Virus record (IMG/VR): IMGVR_UViG_3300020596_000014 | Coordinates: 1 to 64,000 of that record | Direction: 5' to 3' (one strand) | Origin: a virus | Length of the DNA: 64,000 bases | In this document: piece after piece, positions 47,609 through 57,766 of the stretch | Numbering within the stretch: position 1 is the stretch's first letter | How the letters are laid out: each line of letters opens with the position of its first letter | Position numbers and translations under genes: made by a program | The notes under the pieces: model-generated | Database searches by the model: none | Told to the model about the DNA's origin: nothing | The model's input: the letters and a program-made list of their open reading frames with translations, nothing else

Positions 47609-48565
47609 ATGGGGCTGCTCGATCCGAAATCACGTGTTCTCGACGTTGTGCTGACCGAACAGGGTCGCGAGGCCTTGGCGCGCTCGGCGCTAAAGATCGC
47701 GTACTACAGCCTCACCGACTCCACCATGTTTTACGAGACCGACGTCAGCGGGTCGTCTGACGTCACGCAACGAGTGTACGCTGAGGTGGCCTCTAACCTG
47801 CCTCAGAACGTCATCAGCCTGCTCGCGAACGATGCCGGCCAGATCACGCGCGTGCGCTCTACAGCTATTCCTGACGTGCAGGTGTTCGGTGGCCAGGTCC
47901 TGTCTGGCTCTTACCAAAATGAGACAGTGTTGACGGGCGCTGCTTTCGCTTCGATGGCCGGGCAGATTCTGTCGTCGTCGTTGGATAATCTCAAGAACAA
48001 CTTCGTCCTCGGAACTGTTGATGAATTCTTTGAGGACGAGGAATTCAAGCTTGGACCTGCTCGCGTCGAGTTCGCGTTGACTTCACATGACGATCAGCAC
48101 TCTGTAGGGTCTACCGCCGTAATGAATATGGGCACTGTCAACGTCACGACACTAGAGAGCTTTTTCCAGGATCCGCTGTTGAGTCACATCCCTAACTTCC
48201 AGTTCATGCCTCCGGTGAACAAGCAACGATCCAGCGATCAAAATCAAGTGCCACTCGGGGAATACAAGTCAATTAGTGCCGGCGCTCGTATGAGCTACGA
48301 AGATGTCAAGCAGGAATTGTCAGACGCTCGTAGAATAGGCAATCTACGCACGTTCAAGTTTGACCCGGCCCCACGCACCAACAACGTTCATTTGCAGTTC
48401 TTCGAGCAAACCAACACAGGGATGACAAAGCTAGACACCATTGATTTCGGCACGTACCGCGGCGAAGGCGGAGCCCCTGTCCGCGTCGTGTTCGTCGGTA
48501 AAGTGTACTGGGACGACTACGACACCGAAACGTTCGTTAGACTCTTCACGGTTACGTTGGAATAA
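47609..48565 (+). CDS. Putative virion structural protein
   Basis: MGLLD....LDVVLTEQGREALAR, shared with the 62792 gene; TACCTA upstream. Confidence 0.7.
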   Translation: MGLLDPKSRVLDVVLTEQGREALARSALKIAYYSLTDSTMFYETDVSGSSDVTQRVYAEVASNLPQNVISLLANDAGQITRVRSTAIPDVQVFGGQVLSGSYQNETVLTGAAFASMAGQILSSSLDNLKNNFVLGTVDEFFEDEEFKLGPARVEFALTSHDDQHSVGSTAVMNMGTVNVTTLESFFQDPLLSHIPNFQFMPPVNKQRSSDQNQVPLGEYKSISAGARMSYEDVKQELSDARRIGNLRTFKFDPAPRTNNVHLQFFEQTNTGMTKLDTIDFGTYRGEGGAPVRVVFVGKVYWDDYDTETFVRLFTVTLE

Positions 48566-48566
48566 C

Positions 48567-50975
48567 ATGTACATTCAACTTCAATCCTCGTACCAGATCG
48601 TGTCCTTGCCAGACGATTACCTCACATTGAAGGAAGTCGATGGCGAGAATCTTACGTTTGAATTGAAGTACATGTTCGACCAAGAAATAGGGATCAAACA
48701 GAACATCACAAATGTACACATCGAGATCGCAAAGAAGTCACCTCCGAAGCTTGCGATCGTGAATGACTCTCGAAACCTCGTCGCTGACATTCAGCGTCAG
48801 AAGAATGCGCATATACAACTCATCAAGTCATACGTCAAGAACGATCTGCTCGCGACGGTCGCTAGCGATCCAACGAAGAGCATAAGCAACGAGGTCGTCC
48901 CGCTCTTCAAAAGAGGTTACACCGCAAGCCAGTTACCGCAACTCTTAAAGCGTGTTCTGATGCCAGTGCGTATCGCGGACGCTCGCAATTACCTGCCGCC
49001 GGTGAACGCACAGCACGACGTTGGCAACCCCGGCTCGGCGCAGCAGCTCGCGGAACAGCTTCTGCTTCTGGGGCACGACCCTTCGTCCGCGTACAAGATC
49101 AACAATCTGGGTCTTTCTCAGGCCGAGGCTCATCGTGGTATTCGACAGAACAGTCCCTCGGTCTTCAATAGTCTCGCCGAAAAAATCTTATACAAGTACA
49201 AGATTTTACCTTATCTCAAGCCAATCAATCAGCATTCAGCCGGTGATCCAGGCATTGTTCTCAATGGTGAGGACGACCCTGTTGATCAGTACACACTCGA
49301 ACGTGTGACAGTAGAGAGTCGACATGTGTCAGTGTTGGACATTCTCAAATTCAATTTACCATCGACAAGCGACAGACTCACGCTCGTTGTGAAGGTGAAA
49401 AACAACGCGGGCGTGACCGTACAGGTCTTGGAACGCATCTTTTCACCTCGTGAGTATATCAAGTACTACAGCATCCCAACCCAACCCCCTATTGTTTTGG
49501 TGAACAATCAAGCAAATAAGACACATGTGATGCTTGCCATCAAACAAGTTGATCCTGCAGCGACCGGTGTCCGCATCTATAAACGTTTGTATGATCACAA
49601 TACCTTCACGGACGAGCCCTATGTGTTCGTGAACGCGCTGACTGTCAGTCCGACGAGCGGCTGGGTATACATCCCAGTTGACGTGTCGCTTGGGAACACA
49701 AACATCTATAGGGTTATTCCGACTAGCGCTCTCGGCACCTACGGGTGTGACTTCGCTACTGCCGTTGTTCGACCAAAGATGCGAAACGCAACTATTAAGC
49801 GAGTTGTCATCACGACTAAGCCTCAGCTTAAAGGTGTTTTGCTTGAGATCTCGAAGTTGCCGTCCGACTGCGTGTCGTTCCAGATTATTCGCGAGGATGT
49901 CACGATCGACAAGGGCACGAAGGAGTTCGTGCAGACACCCGTCAGGGTAGAGTCAAACGATGCGAATCGTGTGTACACGTTCACTGACATAGGTGTGAAA
50001 CCAAACCACTTATACATGTATTACTGCCGCATCTTCCGCAAAACCGGCAGTCACGAAGATCGTCTTGCGGCAAATTATGAGCACATTCCGCTCGTGGAAA
50101 ACATTGTTGAGACAAAGATCAAAAACTCTTCGTTGCATCTCACCGACCGCGGATTTGACGTTCAGTTTACCATCGAGACAACAGTTGTGAGTACCAACGT
50201 GGACCTGGTGAAGCAGCTGTTGGAGCGACAGGGTCTCTATGAGATCTTCAAGTCTGACATCGCCGACGTGCGTGATCAGCTTGAGAAATTGATCGCTCAC
50301 AACGTGAAGCGTGTCGACCTCACGACCGGCGCAGTGGAGGACTTTGGAACAGTGCAAACCGTCACCTTTTCCGACCTTGAAGCGAGGAATGTCGCCGGCG
50401 TCTCCGATCTCCGCATCGGGCACAAGTATCGTTACATTGTGACTGCATTACTTCGCGCTCCGGAAACATTGTTAGAGTCTTACGTCAAAACGTCACGTGA
50501 CGTTTTGACGAATCGTGAGTACTCATACAAACCTTTCAAGTTCTTGCATCCTGTTGTTGCCAAGTACGGGAACATTGTGACGCCGAGCTCGATCCGAGCA
50601 AATTATTCTAAGAATCCCATGACCTTCGGTGAGATCGGAAGTTACACCATTATCGAGGTTGCGCTAGACAAGCAGAAGTCTATTATCACCACCGCGATAC
50701 GCGAGAAGAAGGGCAGCAACATCGACGTTCTACAGTGGGTTCTTAACGGCACATCAAAGGATGTTGATCACTTTCAAGTGATCGTCGAACACGGTGGAAA
50801 GAAGAATATTGTGGGAAAAGTCGCTTGCGTCCCTGAAACTGATAATTTTGTATATGTGCGTAAACTTGACTCAACGGAGGTTGGCCTTGATTTGCGATAC
50901 TCGGTTTGTCCTGTCTATCACGACTTCACACGTGGATTAGAAGTGCTTGTCTCTAACACGGAGTACAACTCGTGA
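48567..50975 (+). CDS. Large putative virion protein with Ig/Fn3-like repeats
   Basis: FTD..VKP...Y.YY and FSD....HKYRYIV motifs; start at ATG 48567. Confidence 0.7.
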   Translation: MYIQLQSSYQIVSLPDDYLTLKEVDGENLTFELKYMFDQEIGIKQNITNVHIEIAKKSPPKLAIVNDSRNLVADIQRQKNAHIQLIKSYVKNDLLATVASDPTKSISNEVVPLFKRGYTASQLPQLLKRVLMPVRIADARNYLPPVNAQHDVGNPGSAQQLAEQLLLLGHDPSSAYKINNLGLSQAEAHRGIRQNSPSVFNSLAEKILYKYKILPYLKPINQHSAGDPGIVLNGEDDPVDQYTLERVTVESRHVSVLDILKFNLPSTSDRLTLVVKVKNNAGVTVQVLERIFSPREYIKYYSIPTQPPIVLVNNQANKTHVMLAIKQVDPAATGVRIYKRLYDHNTFTDEPYVFVNALTVSPTSGWVYIPVDVSLGNTNIYRVIPTSALGTYGCDFATAVVRPKMRNATIKRVVITTKPQLKGVLLEISKLPSDCVSFQIIREDVTIDKGTKEFVQTPVRVESNDANRVYTFTDIGVKPNHLYMYYCRIFRKTGSHEDRLAANYEHIPLVENIVETKIKNSSLHLTDRGFDVQFTIETTVVSTNVDLVKQLLERQGLYEIFKSDIADVRDQLEKLIAHNVKRVDLTTGAVEDFGTVQTVTFSDLEARNVAGVSDLRIGHKYRYIVTALLRAPETLLESYVKTSRDVLTNREYSYKPFKFLHPVVAKYGNIVTPSSIRANYSKNPMTFGEIGSYTIIEVALDKQKSIITTAIREKKGSNIDVLQWVLNGTSKDVDHFQVIVEHGGKKNIVGKVACVPETDNFVYVRKLDSTEVGLDLRYSVCPVYHDFTRGLEVLVSNTEYNS

Positions 50976-53900
50976 GCGGACTGCCTGTAAGAAAATCGTT
51001 TGCTAACTTCGCTAGATTGGCGATACAGCCAAAAACACGTGGAACTCTCAATTTTGCGAAGTATGATACAGGAGTCATACGTGAGCTTCTTTATATAACG
51101 ACGCCTAGAGACACACGATATAATGACGAGCTCCCTGCATCAACCGCAAAGTTCAGCCCCTTTGAGGAGCTGAGCGGTATCCCGTCGACTCGGCCTGAGA
51201 TCATCAGTGTCGCTGAGTTTAAGCCATTATTCAACGCTAACAATCAGAGCTATACGCCGGCTGGTGAATTCCTTGACGCACAGGTCAAACTTATGAACCT
51301 ACGTCACGAAGCTGTTAGCAAGCTTGTCAATGACCTCAAGAAGAACCCCGACCTAGCTGAAAAACTGGACCAGATCGAGGGTAACTTCTTGAAGCACGTG
51401 AATAACCTGAAGTCACACGCCGATTTTCTTGGAATTCTGCAACAGTACATCGAACGTATTAGCAAGCTTTTTGACTTGCGAGACTCTGGTACGCGGATCG
51501 ATGCTGCATCTCTGTTAGGCCAGTACTACACTTCAGTTTACAGCAACATTGTCGATGCGAAGCTTTCGCTTCCTGTTTACACGTACACTGATCTATTGGG
51601 GCAACATGGGTACAACAAGACGAACGTACTGGGCTTCAGCAGCACGAAGATTTTTATTCAAACCCTTTTTGAGGCTCGTAAAATGTTGCGAGCTGGCAGT
51701 GATGATCTCATTGGTGTCGATCCTTCTCTGACCTTACGTGACAAGGATGCCTCAACCATCAATCGACGTAAATATAAAGATTTACACGTAATTCTTGGCA
51801 AATTAGATGGGTTTCCGACATTCGCTAATCTGGCAGAACGGCGTATATACGAGTCTGACAATCAGCTCACTTCATATCTGCAAGAGCTTGAAACCGCTTT
51901 CCGTGACATCGATGAGGCATACGCCGGAGTATCGTCCGATGAAATCGCGTACACACTGAAAATTCGAACGTTAACTCGTGAGTGTGTGTATTCTAACGCT
52001 TTGGCTGATCCTGCTGTATTAAGCTTGCTTAGCCAGTACGGATACCCTGTAAATGCTACACTTGGTAATCAACAACTCTTTGATGCTGTCTACGGACAGC
52101 TTGGTAATCGAATTACTGACGATCGTTCAAACACAAACACAAATTCGCTCAGCTCAATTGCGTCACGTTTAACGAAGGACACAGCGGTGTTGACATACGA
52201 GGTAGACTACCTGGAAGATGATCAGGGCAGTGTGTTCACTCCAGGAGCACCTTTCTATGTCGCTTCAACTGTTCGCCCAGGAGACAACGGATTCTCTATT
52301 GAGAACGCCAGTGAACTCATCACTAGGATGACAAACGTGGTCGAAAAATATGTCGATTTCGTTGGAAAATTCAATATCTTACCAAAGACTGGTAACGTTC
52401 TTGTGTCACAAGACGCACGTGTTCGTCTAGCATTTGACGCTTCTACGATGACGGAGACCCTGTATGGAATCTTCGTTAACCCCGCAAATGGGCTTTTGAA
52501 AGATGACGTGAATGGCTCTCCGATTGTGGATCTACTCGCAGAAGCAGCCACTCATCCTCAGTTGCGTGCGAATCTCTATGCATTCATGTGCATTGCCTCT
52601 GACACAGCTGCAGATAACAAGGGTAGTAATAAAACTGATCAAGTAAATCTAGATTTGAAAAAAGAAGCTGGTCGGTTGCCAGGAAGAGCTGGTGTCACGA
52701 TCGATAAACTTGCCAAGAATTGTGCAAATTATTATAGACAGATCACTGGTGACAGCGCAGCTGCAATTCAGGTTGAAAATAATCTCAAGAACTATGAAAG
52801 TCAAGGGCCACTTCCTCGATGTATTGCGTACGTGCGCATATTGAAGAATGTGTACAAGCAGACGTTGGTTGAAAATAAAACCCGTTATTCGCACTTATCT
52901 GACAACATGATGATTGCGCTCGCCGTTCAAAGCATTTTCGACTCGGCTCGTCGATACGCGTACACGTCAATTCGCAAGAACACAGCTGTGATGATCAACA
53001 CGAATTTTGCAAAATACGGCGACGCGTCGTCAGCGTTCATTCAACACATCGTACCAGTCGCGAATACGACTTCCAGAGAGGTAAGTGTAAAGTCTTCAGT
53101 AAAATCGTCTGGTAGAGTTAATATTGTCTCACCGATAGCAAAGAACATCTTTACTGGAAACTTCATTTCAAAATCGCCATTAAAGCAAGCTATCATAACA
53201 CGTCTGACGCGCGAGGACGATCTTACCATTCGAACAGCACTTGCGCCTTTGAACGCGATCCGTGTGCTGCGAGATAGTCTGAAGGATTACATCGTCTTTC
53301 TTCAGCGCCCTGCGAGCACGAAGGTTATCAATGCAGTGCTCGAGATTGTTGGAGATCGAAAGCTTGTCGAGTTACTCAGCGATCGCGGTCAAGTTCAACT
53401 TCTCATCAATACTGTGGATTCGATTCTCGATCGGGTGAATCCCGATCGTGCGGCAAACACGGGGACCGATCTGAGTGACGAGGTGTCATTGACACGCTCG
53501 GCCAGTGCTGATGATGATCTCAAGATCTTCGATGACTCATTTATCACAAGCCGAACGGCAAACGTTCTCAAAGCGGTGTTCTCGAACGCGAAATTCAGTA
53601 TCGCTCGTGGCTCTAACATCCGTGTGTTGACGTTTGGTCTTCCGCATGGTTTCAGTTCCAGACTGAAGAACAAGTTTAAGATCAGTAGCTTCGCTGAGCA
53701 AGTACAGAAGAAATTGAAACAGAACGACGTCGTGATTGCGGATGTGTATCGCATCGACGTTCGTTACCCCGATCTCATTTTCAAGCCGGTGCCCAAGATC
53801 TTTGAACTGAGTCGTTTCCCCAACCGAGACGAGAAGACGTTCGCTCGCGCGAGCGTTGGCACGAAGCTGAGTGATGCGCTCGATTCTGTTGGAACACGCG

Positions 53901-54706
53901 ATTACTCTAACTTTGATCCAGAACCGATCTCGTTTCAAAACCGTCAAAATAAGTCTTCTAAGAAGCCAGCATACTCCTTCATGTCAGACGTTGATTACGT
54001 TGAGATGCAACGCAATCATGTGATGAGCTACATGCTCGAGCTCTACTTTCGGTTGTTAACCGGCATTCCGTTGAACGAGCGTGAGCTGTACGTTGAAGAT
54101 CCGAACGAGAAGGATCAGCCGATTCCGTTTGTCTCGCGTGCCATTCTCGCGAACACTGCAGAGAAGATCTTCAAGGTTCCTACGCCGCCCCCGCCGCCTC
54201 CTGCTCCTCCTACGACTCTATCTGGAATATTCGGGTCGATGACCTCACAGCTGTCCGAGATGACTGATGAGGTCTTTGCTACGCTGGTTTTTGTGCCGAA
54301 TGAGGCGCAACAGGCTGCACGTGCAAAGGCAAAAGCAATAGCAGCCGCAGCAGCCGCAGCAGCCGCAGCGGCGGATTTAGCCAAGAAGAAGACCGTCTAT
54401 GTCGACCATACTGTCGCTGGCAAATACATGATGTCTCCAAAACTCTTCGAGCGTGTTTTCTTTGTTCATGTGGATCCAGATGAATTCGAGATTGATCATG
54501 TCGAGACATTCAAGTCTGAGACTGGTCGATCGACGTTTGCTCAACTGCAGCAGGCTGGTGAGATCGTTACCGTCTCCGAACGCGTTGGAAATTCAACTCG
54601 TGACAGTTTCAAGCTTCGTGATCACACGACTGAGAAACAGATGATCTTTGAGAAGTTCTTCATCGTCGTGAGATCCTACTCACCACTCTCCACAAGGTCA
54701 ACGTGA
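50972..54706 (+). CDS. 1244-aa putative virion protein
   Basis: Long coupled ORF with poly-Pro and poly-Ala tracts near the C-terminus. Confidence 0.7.
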   Translation: MSGLPVRKSFANFARLAIQPKTRGTLNFAKYDTGVIRELLYITTPRDTRYNDELPASTAKFSPFEELSGIPSTRPEIISVAEFKPLFNANNQSYTPAGEFLDAQVKLMNLRHEAVSKLVNDLKKNPDLAEKLDQIEGNFLKHVNNLKSHADFLGILQQYIERISKLFDLRDSGTRIDAASLLGQYYTSVYSNIVDAKLSLPVYTYTDLLGQHGYNKTNVLGFSSTKIFIQTLFEARKMLRAGSDDLIGVDPSLTLRDKDASTINRRKYKDLHVILGKLDGFPTFANLAERRIYESDNQLTSYLQELETAFRDIDEAYAGVSSDEIAYTLKIRTLTRECVYSNALADPAVLSLLSQYGYPVNATLGNQQLFDAVYGQLGNRITDDRSNTNTNSLSSIASRLTKDTAVLTYEVDYLEDDQGSVFTPGAPFYVASTVRPGDNGFSIENASELITRMTNVVEKYVDFVGKFNILPKTGNVLVSQDARVRLAFDASTMTETLYGIFVNPANGLLKDDVNGSPIVDLLAEAATHPQLRANLYAFMCIASDTAADNKGSNKTDQVNLDLKKEAGRLPGRAGVTIDKLAKNCANYYRQITGDSAAAIQVENNLKNYESQGPLPRCIAYVRILKNVYKQTLVENKTRYSHLSDNMMIALAVQSIFDSARRYAYTSIRKNTAVMINTNFAKYGDASSAFIQHIVPVANTTSREVSVKSSVKSSGRVNIVSPIAKNIFTGNFISKSPLKQAIITRLTREDDLTIRTALAPLNAIRVLRDSLKDYIVFLQRPASTKVINAVLEIVGDRKLVELLSDRGQVQLLINTVDSILDRVNPDRAANTGTDLSDEVSLTRSASADDDLKIFDDSFITSRTANVLKAVFSNAKFSIARGSNIRVLTFGLPHGFSSRLKNKFKISSFAEQVQKKLKQNDVVIADVYRIDVRYPDLIFKPVPKIFELSRFPNRDEKTFARASVGTKLSDALDSVGTRDYSNFDPEPISFQNRQNKSSKKPAYSFMSDVDYVEMQRNHVMSYMLELYFRLLTGIPLNERELYVEDPNEKDQPIPFVSRAILANTAEKIFKVPTPPPPPPAPPTTLSGIFGSMTSQLSEMTDEVFATLVFVPNEAQQAARAKAKAIAAAAAAAAAAADLAKKKTVYVDHTVAGKYMMSPKLFERVFFVHVDPDEFEIDHVETFKSETGRSTFAQLQQAGEIVTVSERVGNSTRDSFKLRDHTTEKQMIFEKFFIVVRSYSPLSTRST
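54340..54373 (+). repeat. GCAGCCGCA tandem repeat encoding poly-Ala
   Basis: Three 9-nt units followed by GCGGCG. Confidence 0.75.
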
Positions 54707-56565
54707 GTTCTTCCAAACCTTCTCGTGAAGTTCATGTTATCGACGTTCCCGACGCTGGTGGGTTCACTGCTCGATTCGTGTACAATTACCACTCGAAAGA
54801 CGAGGGTACGAAGGCCGACGCCGGTGTGACAAATACCCTTCTCACGAAGTCAGGAGAGTACTTCGACGCGCGTATTATCGATTATTTGGGTTCAGCTCGA
54901 GCACCACGCTACGTGGTACTGACCTGGAAGTCCACAAGCTACCGTGACCGTCTATATGGGCAATCCCCATATTTTCAAGACGACAACGTCCCCAAAAACT
55001 ATATCCGTAATAACTTGTCGAAGATCCTGAGCGAAGAACACTTCAGCTCGGAACAGTTTACAAGCTTCAATATTAGCGATCAAAGTATTGATCGAAAGTT
55101 GTTTACCTATATCTCGGCCTCAGCAAACATCCTGAACGCGCAACGTCAGAATGCTTCAACACAGCACGGACTCGCGCTTCAGACCGCCGCTCTTACCTCA
55201 AATGAGATTGATTTCGATTTCCTGTCCAAATACCTCGTGCAACCCGCTGAGGATGGAGTCTTCTTTTACACACGTGACTCAAATCGTATTCGCAACGAAG
55301 TCGTTAACAAGCTAAAGGGATTCAATATCCAAGTTCAACTTAACAACAGCGTCATCCATACGCTTATCAAGCGAGCCGTTGCGTTCCCGGAATCAACGTT
55401 CGACAGCGTGCACGCGTCAATGTACGAGGTCTCGCGAAAGTTACAAGGGAAGGCGCAGACACGTGGCATGAGAGAACTACGAGCGGACGACTATCGCACC
55501 GTTGCCCCCGAATATGTCAGTCTTCAGACGATGAAGTCTGTCGATCCCGGTCTAGCAACGCGAGCTCGCATCGTAGGGTACATCGTCAATCGCTACGAGA
55601 TGCTCTCGACAGGAGAGAGCGTAGCTCTTGACCCAATCACAGTGGAAAACCCTACAGCTTCGACGACTGTCGATCTCAACGTAAAGTACTACGCACATTA
55701 TCAGTACACGATTCGCTCGGTCGCTGAATTCAGTATTCCTTCAATTGTAGAAGACACTGGTGAACTTGTCGTCTCCAAGTTTCTCATCGCCTCACGCCCA
55801 AGCGCACCGCAATTTGTCTCGTGTGTTGAGATTGTCCCTCCGCCGCCTCCGGCCGACGTGCGTTTCACCTGGGACTGGGACAACGACAAGCTATTCATCA
55901 GCTGGGCCTTCCCCCCGAACTCGCAACGTGACGTCAAGCAATTTCAAGTCTTTCGTCGTCGCACCATAAACGAACCGTTCGAGCTCGTTAAGCAGATCAT
56001 GTTCGACGATTCAACGACCTCGTCACCTTATGCGGAGAAGCCCGATCCTCGTCTGGTCGAGACCGTCGTGAACCCCAAGCTCTATTGGGTGGACGATGAG
56101 TTCACTCGCGAGACCAGCTTTATCTACGCGCTCGGGACGATAGACGCGCACGGGATCGTGTCTGCGTACGGCCCGCAGTCGCAGGTCGTGTATCAGAAGT
56201 ACAAGAACAAGCTCACCGTGACGCGTCTGTCTCCTGGTGGAGCTCCCAAGCCATACCCGAACCTCTATCTCAGCACCGACACGTTTGTCGACAGCGTCGT
56301 TGATTCAAAGAAGCACACGATGAAGATTGCCTTCCAACCGGAGTATGATCGACTCGTCGACAAGCATAACAATGATCTCAACTTCATCGCGACGGAAGAC
56401 AAGGGCGGACGTTACAAGGTGTTGGCGATGAATACCGACCTTGCTGCAGCGCAGACCGTGGAGATCGTGATCAAAGATCGTCGACCAGCCTCGATCGCGC
56501 AGAAGCCGGCTAGCGCCCTTTCTATCCCTGACTACGGTGACAGAGTGTCGAAGCAATCGAAGTGA
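54703..56565 (+). CDS. Putative virion protein with Fn3-like domains
   Basis: D.NVKY...YQY.IR, PPPP.D....W....ISW, IDAHG..S.Y. Confidence 0.7.
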   Translation: MSSSKPSREVHVIDVPDAGGFTARFVYNYHSKDEGTKADAGVTNTLLTKSGEYFDARIIDYLGSARAPRYVVLTWKSTSYRDRLYGQSPYFQDDNVPKNYIRNNLSKILSEEHFSSEQFTSFNISDQSIDRKLFTYISASANILNAQRQNASTQHGLALQTAALTSNEIDFDFLSKYLVQPAEDGVFFYTRDSNRIRNEVVNKLKGFNIQVQLNNSVIHTLIKRAVAFPESTFDSVHASMYEVSRKLQGKAQTRGMRELRADDYRTVAPEYVSLQTMKSVDPGLATRARIVGYIVNRYEMLSTGESVALDPITVENPTASTTVDLNVKYYAHYQYTIRSVAEFSIPSIVEDTGELVVSKFLIASRPSAPQFVSCVEIVPPPPPADVRFTWDWDNDKLFISWAFPPNSQRDVKQFQVFRRRTINEPFELVKQIMFDDSTTSSPYAEKPDPRLVETVVNPKLYWVDDEFTRETSFIYALGTIDAHGIVSAYGPQSQVVYQKYKNKLTVTRLSPGGAPKPYPNLYLSTDTFVDSVVDSKKHTMKIAFQPEYDRLVDKHNNDLNFIATEDKGGRYKVLAMNTDLAAAQTVEIVIKDRRPASIAQKPASALSIPDYGDRVSKQSK

Positions 56566-56840
56566 ACTACAGTGACGAAAATATGAGTCTTCCTATCCCT
56601 ATGTGTCACGCGACCGGCAAAATATGCATCGCCGACAATATCGGTCGGCGCTTGGATGTTGACCTAGAGATGTTCGTTTGTCAACGTTGCGGTCAAGGCT
56701 GGGTGCAGGACACGAGCTCGTGCGCAAGACTGCAGGAATCACTAAAGCGCTTCGAGATCGCGATCAAGAATGTTAACGTGGCACAGGTGAAGATGACAAA
56801 AGCCTTCCAAAAGCTTTCCGACTCGCTTGCAAAGATTTAG
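56562..56840 (+). CDS. Small Cys-containing hypothetical protein
   Basis: 92 aa, CQRC, coupled. Confidence 0.55.
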   Translation: MNYSDENMSLPIPMCHATGKICIADNIGRRLDVDLEMFVCQRCGQGWVQDTSSCARLQESLKRFEIAIKNVNVAQVKMTKAFQKLSDSLAKI

Positions 56841-56842
56841 CG

Positions 56843-57334
56843 ATGAGTGTCATCCTTGATACGGAAGGACGTGGCGCCATCGCTGAGATTTTCGCTGACC
56901 TCAAAATGAAATGTGAGGTGCCGGAAAACAGTGAAGAATGGTTAGCTGCTCTCGTGGCATGGATGGTTGACGACCTAGTCACGTCGCATCATAACGAGGC
57001 CACTTTCGCCGATGCTTTGCAATTAACATGGGTGGTTGGCTCGCGCTTGGAGTCTGAACTCTGTGGACGTTTCAAGAAGATCGTCCCCGTAGTAGCGAAC
57101 GTTTTCCCCTTCGAAGGTCCAAACGGAGAACTCTCAGCCGGCATTACAGATACAGTGATACTTGATCCGATAAACGAAGATCCAAGAGAAATAACGTGCA
57201 CTTTAGCTGCCGAGATCAAGAAGGCTGATCCTAATCATGATACACTTTTCATTTTATCGTTGATCAGGAAGACCATCTTGCTAAACGGCAATTACCGTTA
57301 TGACACGCGCTTCGCGACAGCCAAGACTGTGTAA
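56843..57334 (+). CDS. Hypothetical protein ending Y.TRFAT
   Basis: 163 aa; C-terminus resembles that of the 58820 gene. Confidence 0.6.
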   Translation: MSVILDTEGRGAIAEIFADLKMKCEVPENSEEWLAALVAWMVDDLVTSHHNEATFADALQLTWVVGSRLESELCGRFKKIVPVVANVFPFEGPNGELSAGITDTVILDPINEDPREITCTLAAEIKKADPNHDTLFILSLIRKTILLNGNYRYDTRFATAKTV

Positions 57335-57343
57335 TTACCGTTC

Positions 57344-57745
57344 ATGAACGAACTGGCTATTCGGAAGTATGTGCGACTTGTACTAGAGCGCGCAATAACG
57401 GTCTCTCCCGACCAACTACTCTTGAAGATCAACGCGAGGAATGGTGGATCGATCCCCGCCGACGAGCTCACGTCCGAGGAAACCACCGTGGCTATGTCAC
57501 TTGTCAAGTGTGACTTGCTCCATCACGTCCCGGCCGGTCATGGCATATCAAATGTTGGTGGCATGCGAGGATTCTACGGCGACAACATGACCGTGACTGG
57601 TGGTCGCAATGAGCCAACGCCTGTCGATCCAAAAGTCGCGCATCGATACCCGGAACGCTACGTCGTCACGTCCGGCGGCAGTCACTCGACAGACACTTTC
57701 AAGAGCGACACGCTGCGAGATGAGCTCCCGCGTCGTCGTCGTTAA
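57344..57745 (+). CDS. Putative head-packaged small protein
   Basis: TAATTA upstream; MNELAIRKYVRLVLERA leader. Confidence 0.6.
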   Translation: MNELAIRKYVRLVLERAITVSPDQLLLKINARNGGSIPADELTSEETTVAMSLVKCDLLHHVPAGHGISNVGGMRGFYGDNMTVTGGRNEPTPVDPKVAHRYPERYVVTSGGSHSTDTFKSDTLRDELPRRRR

Positions 57746-57766
57746 GACAGCTATATTGTCGGCAGA

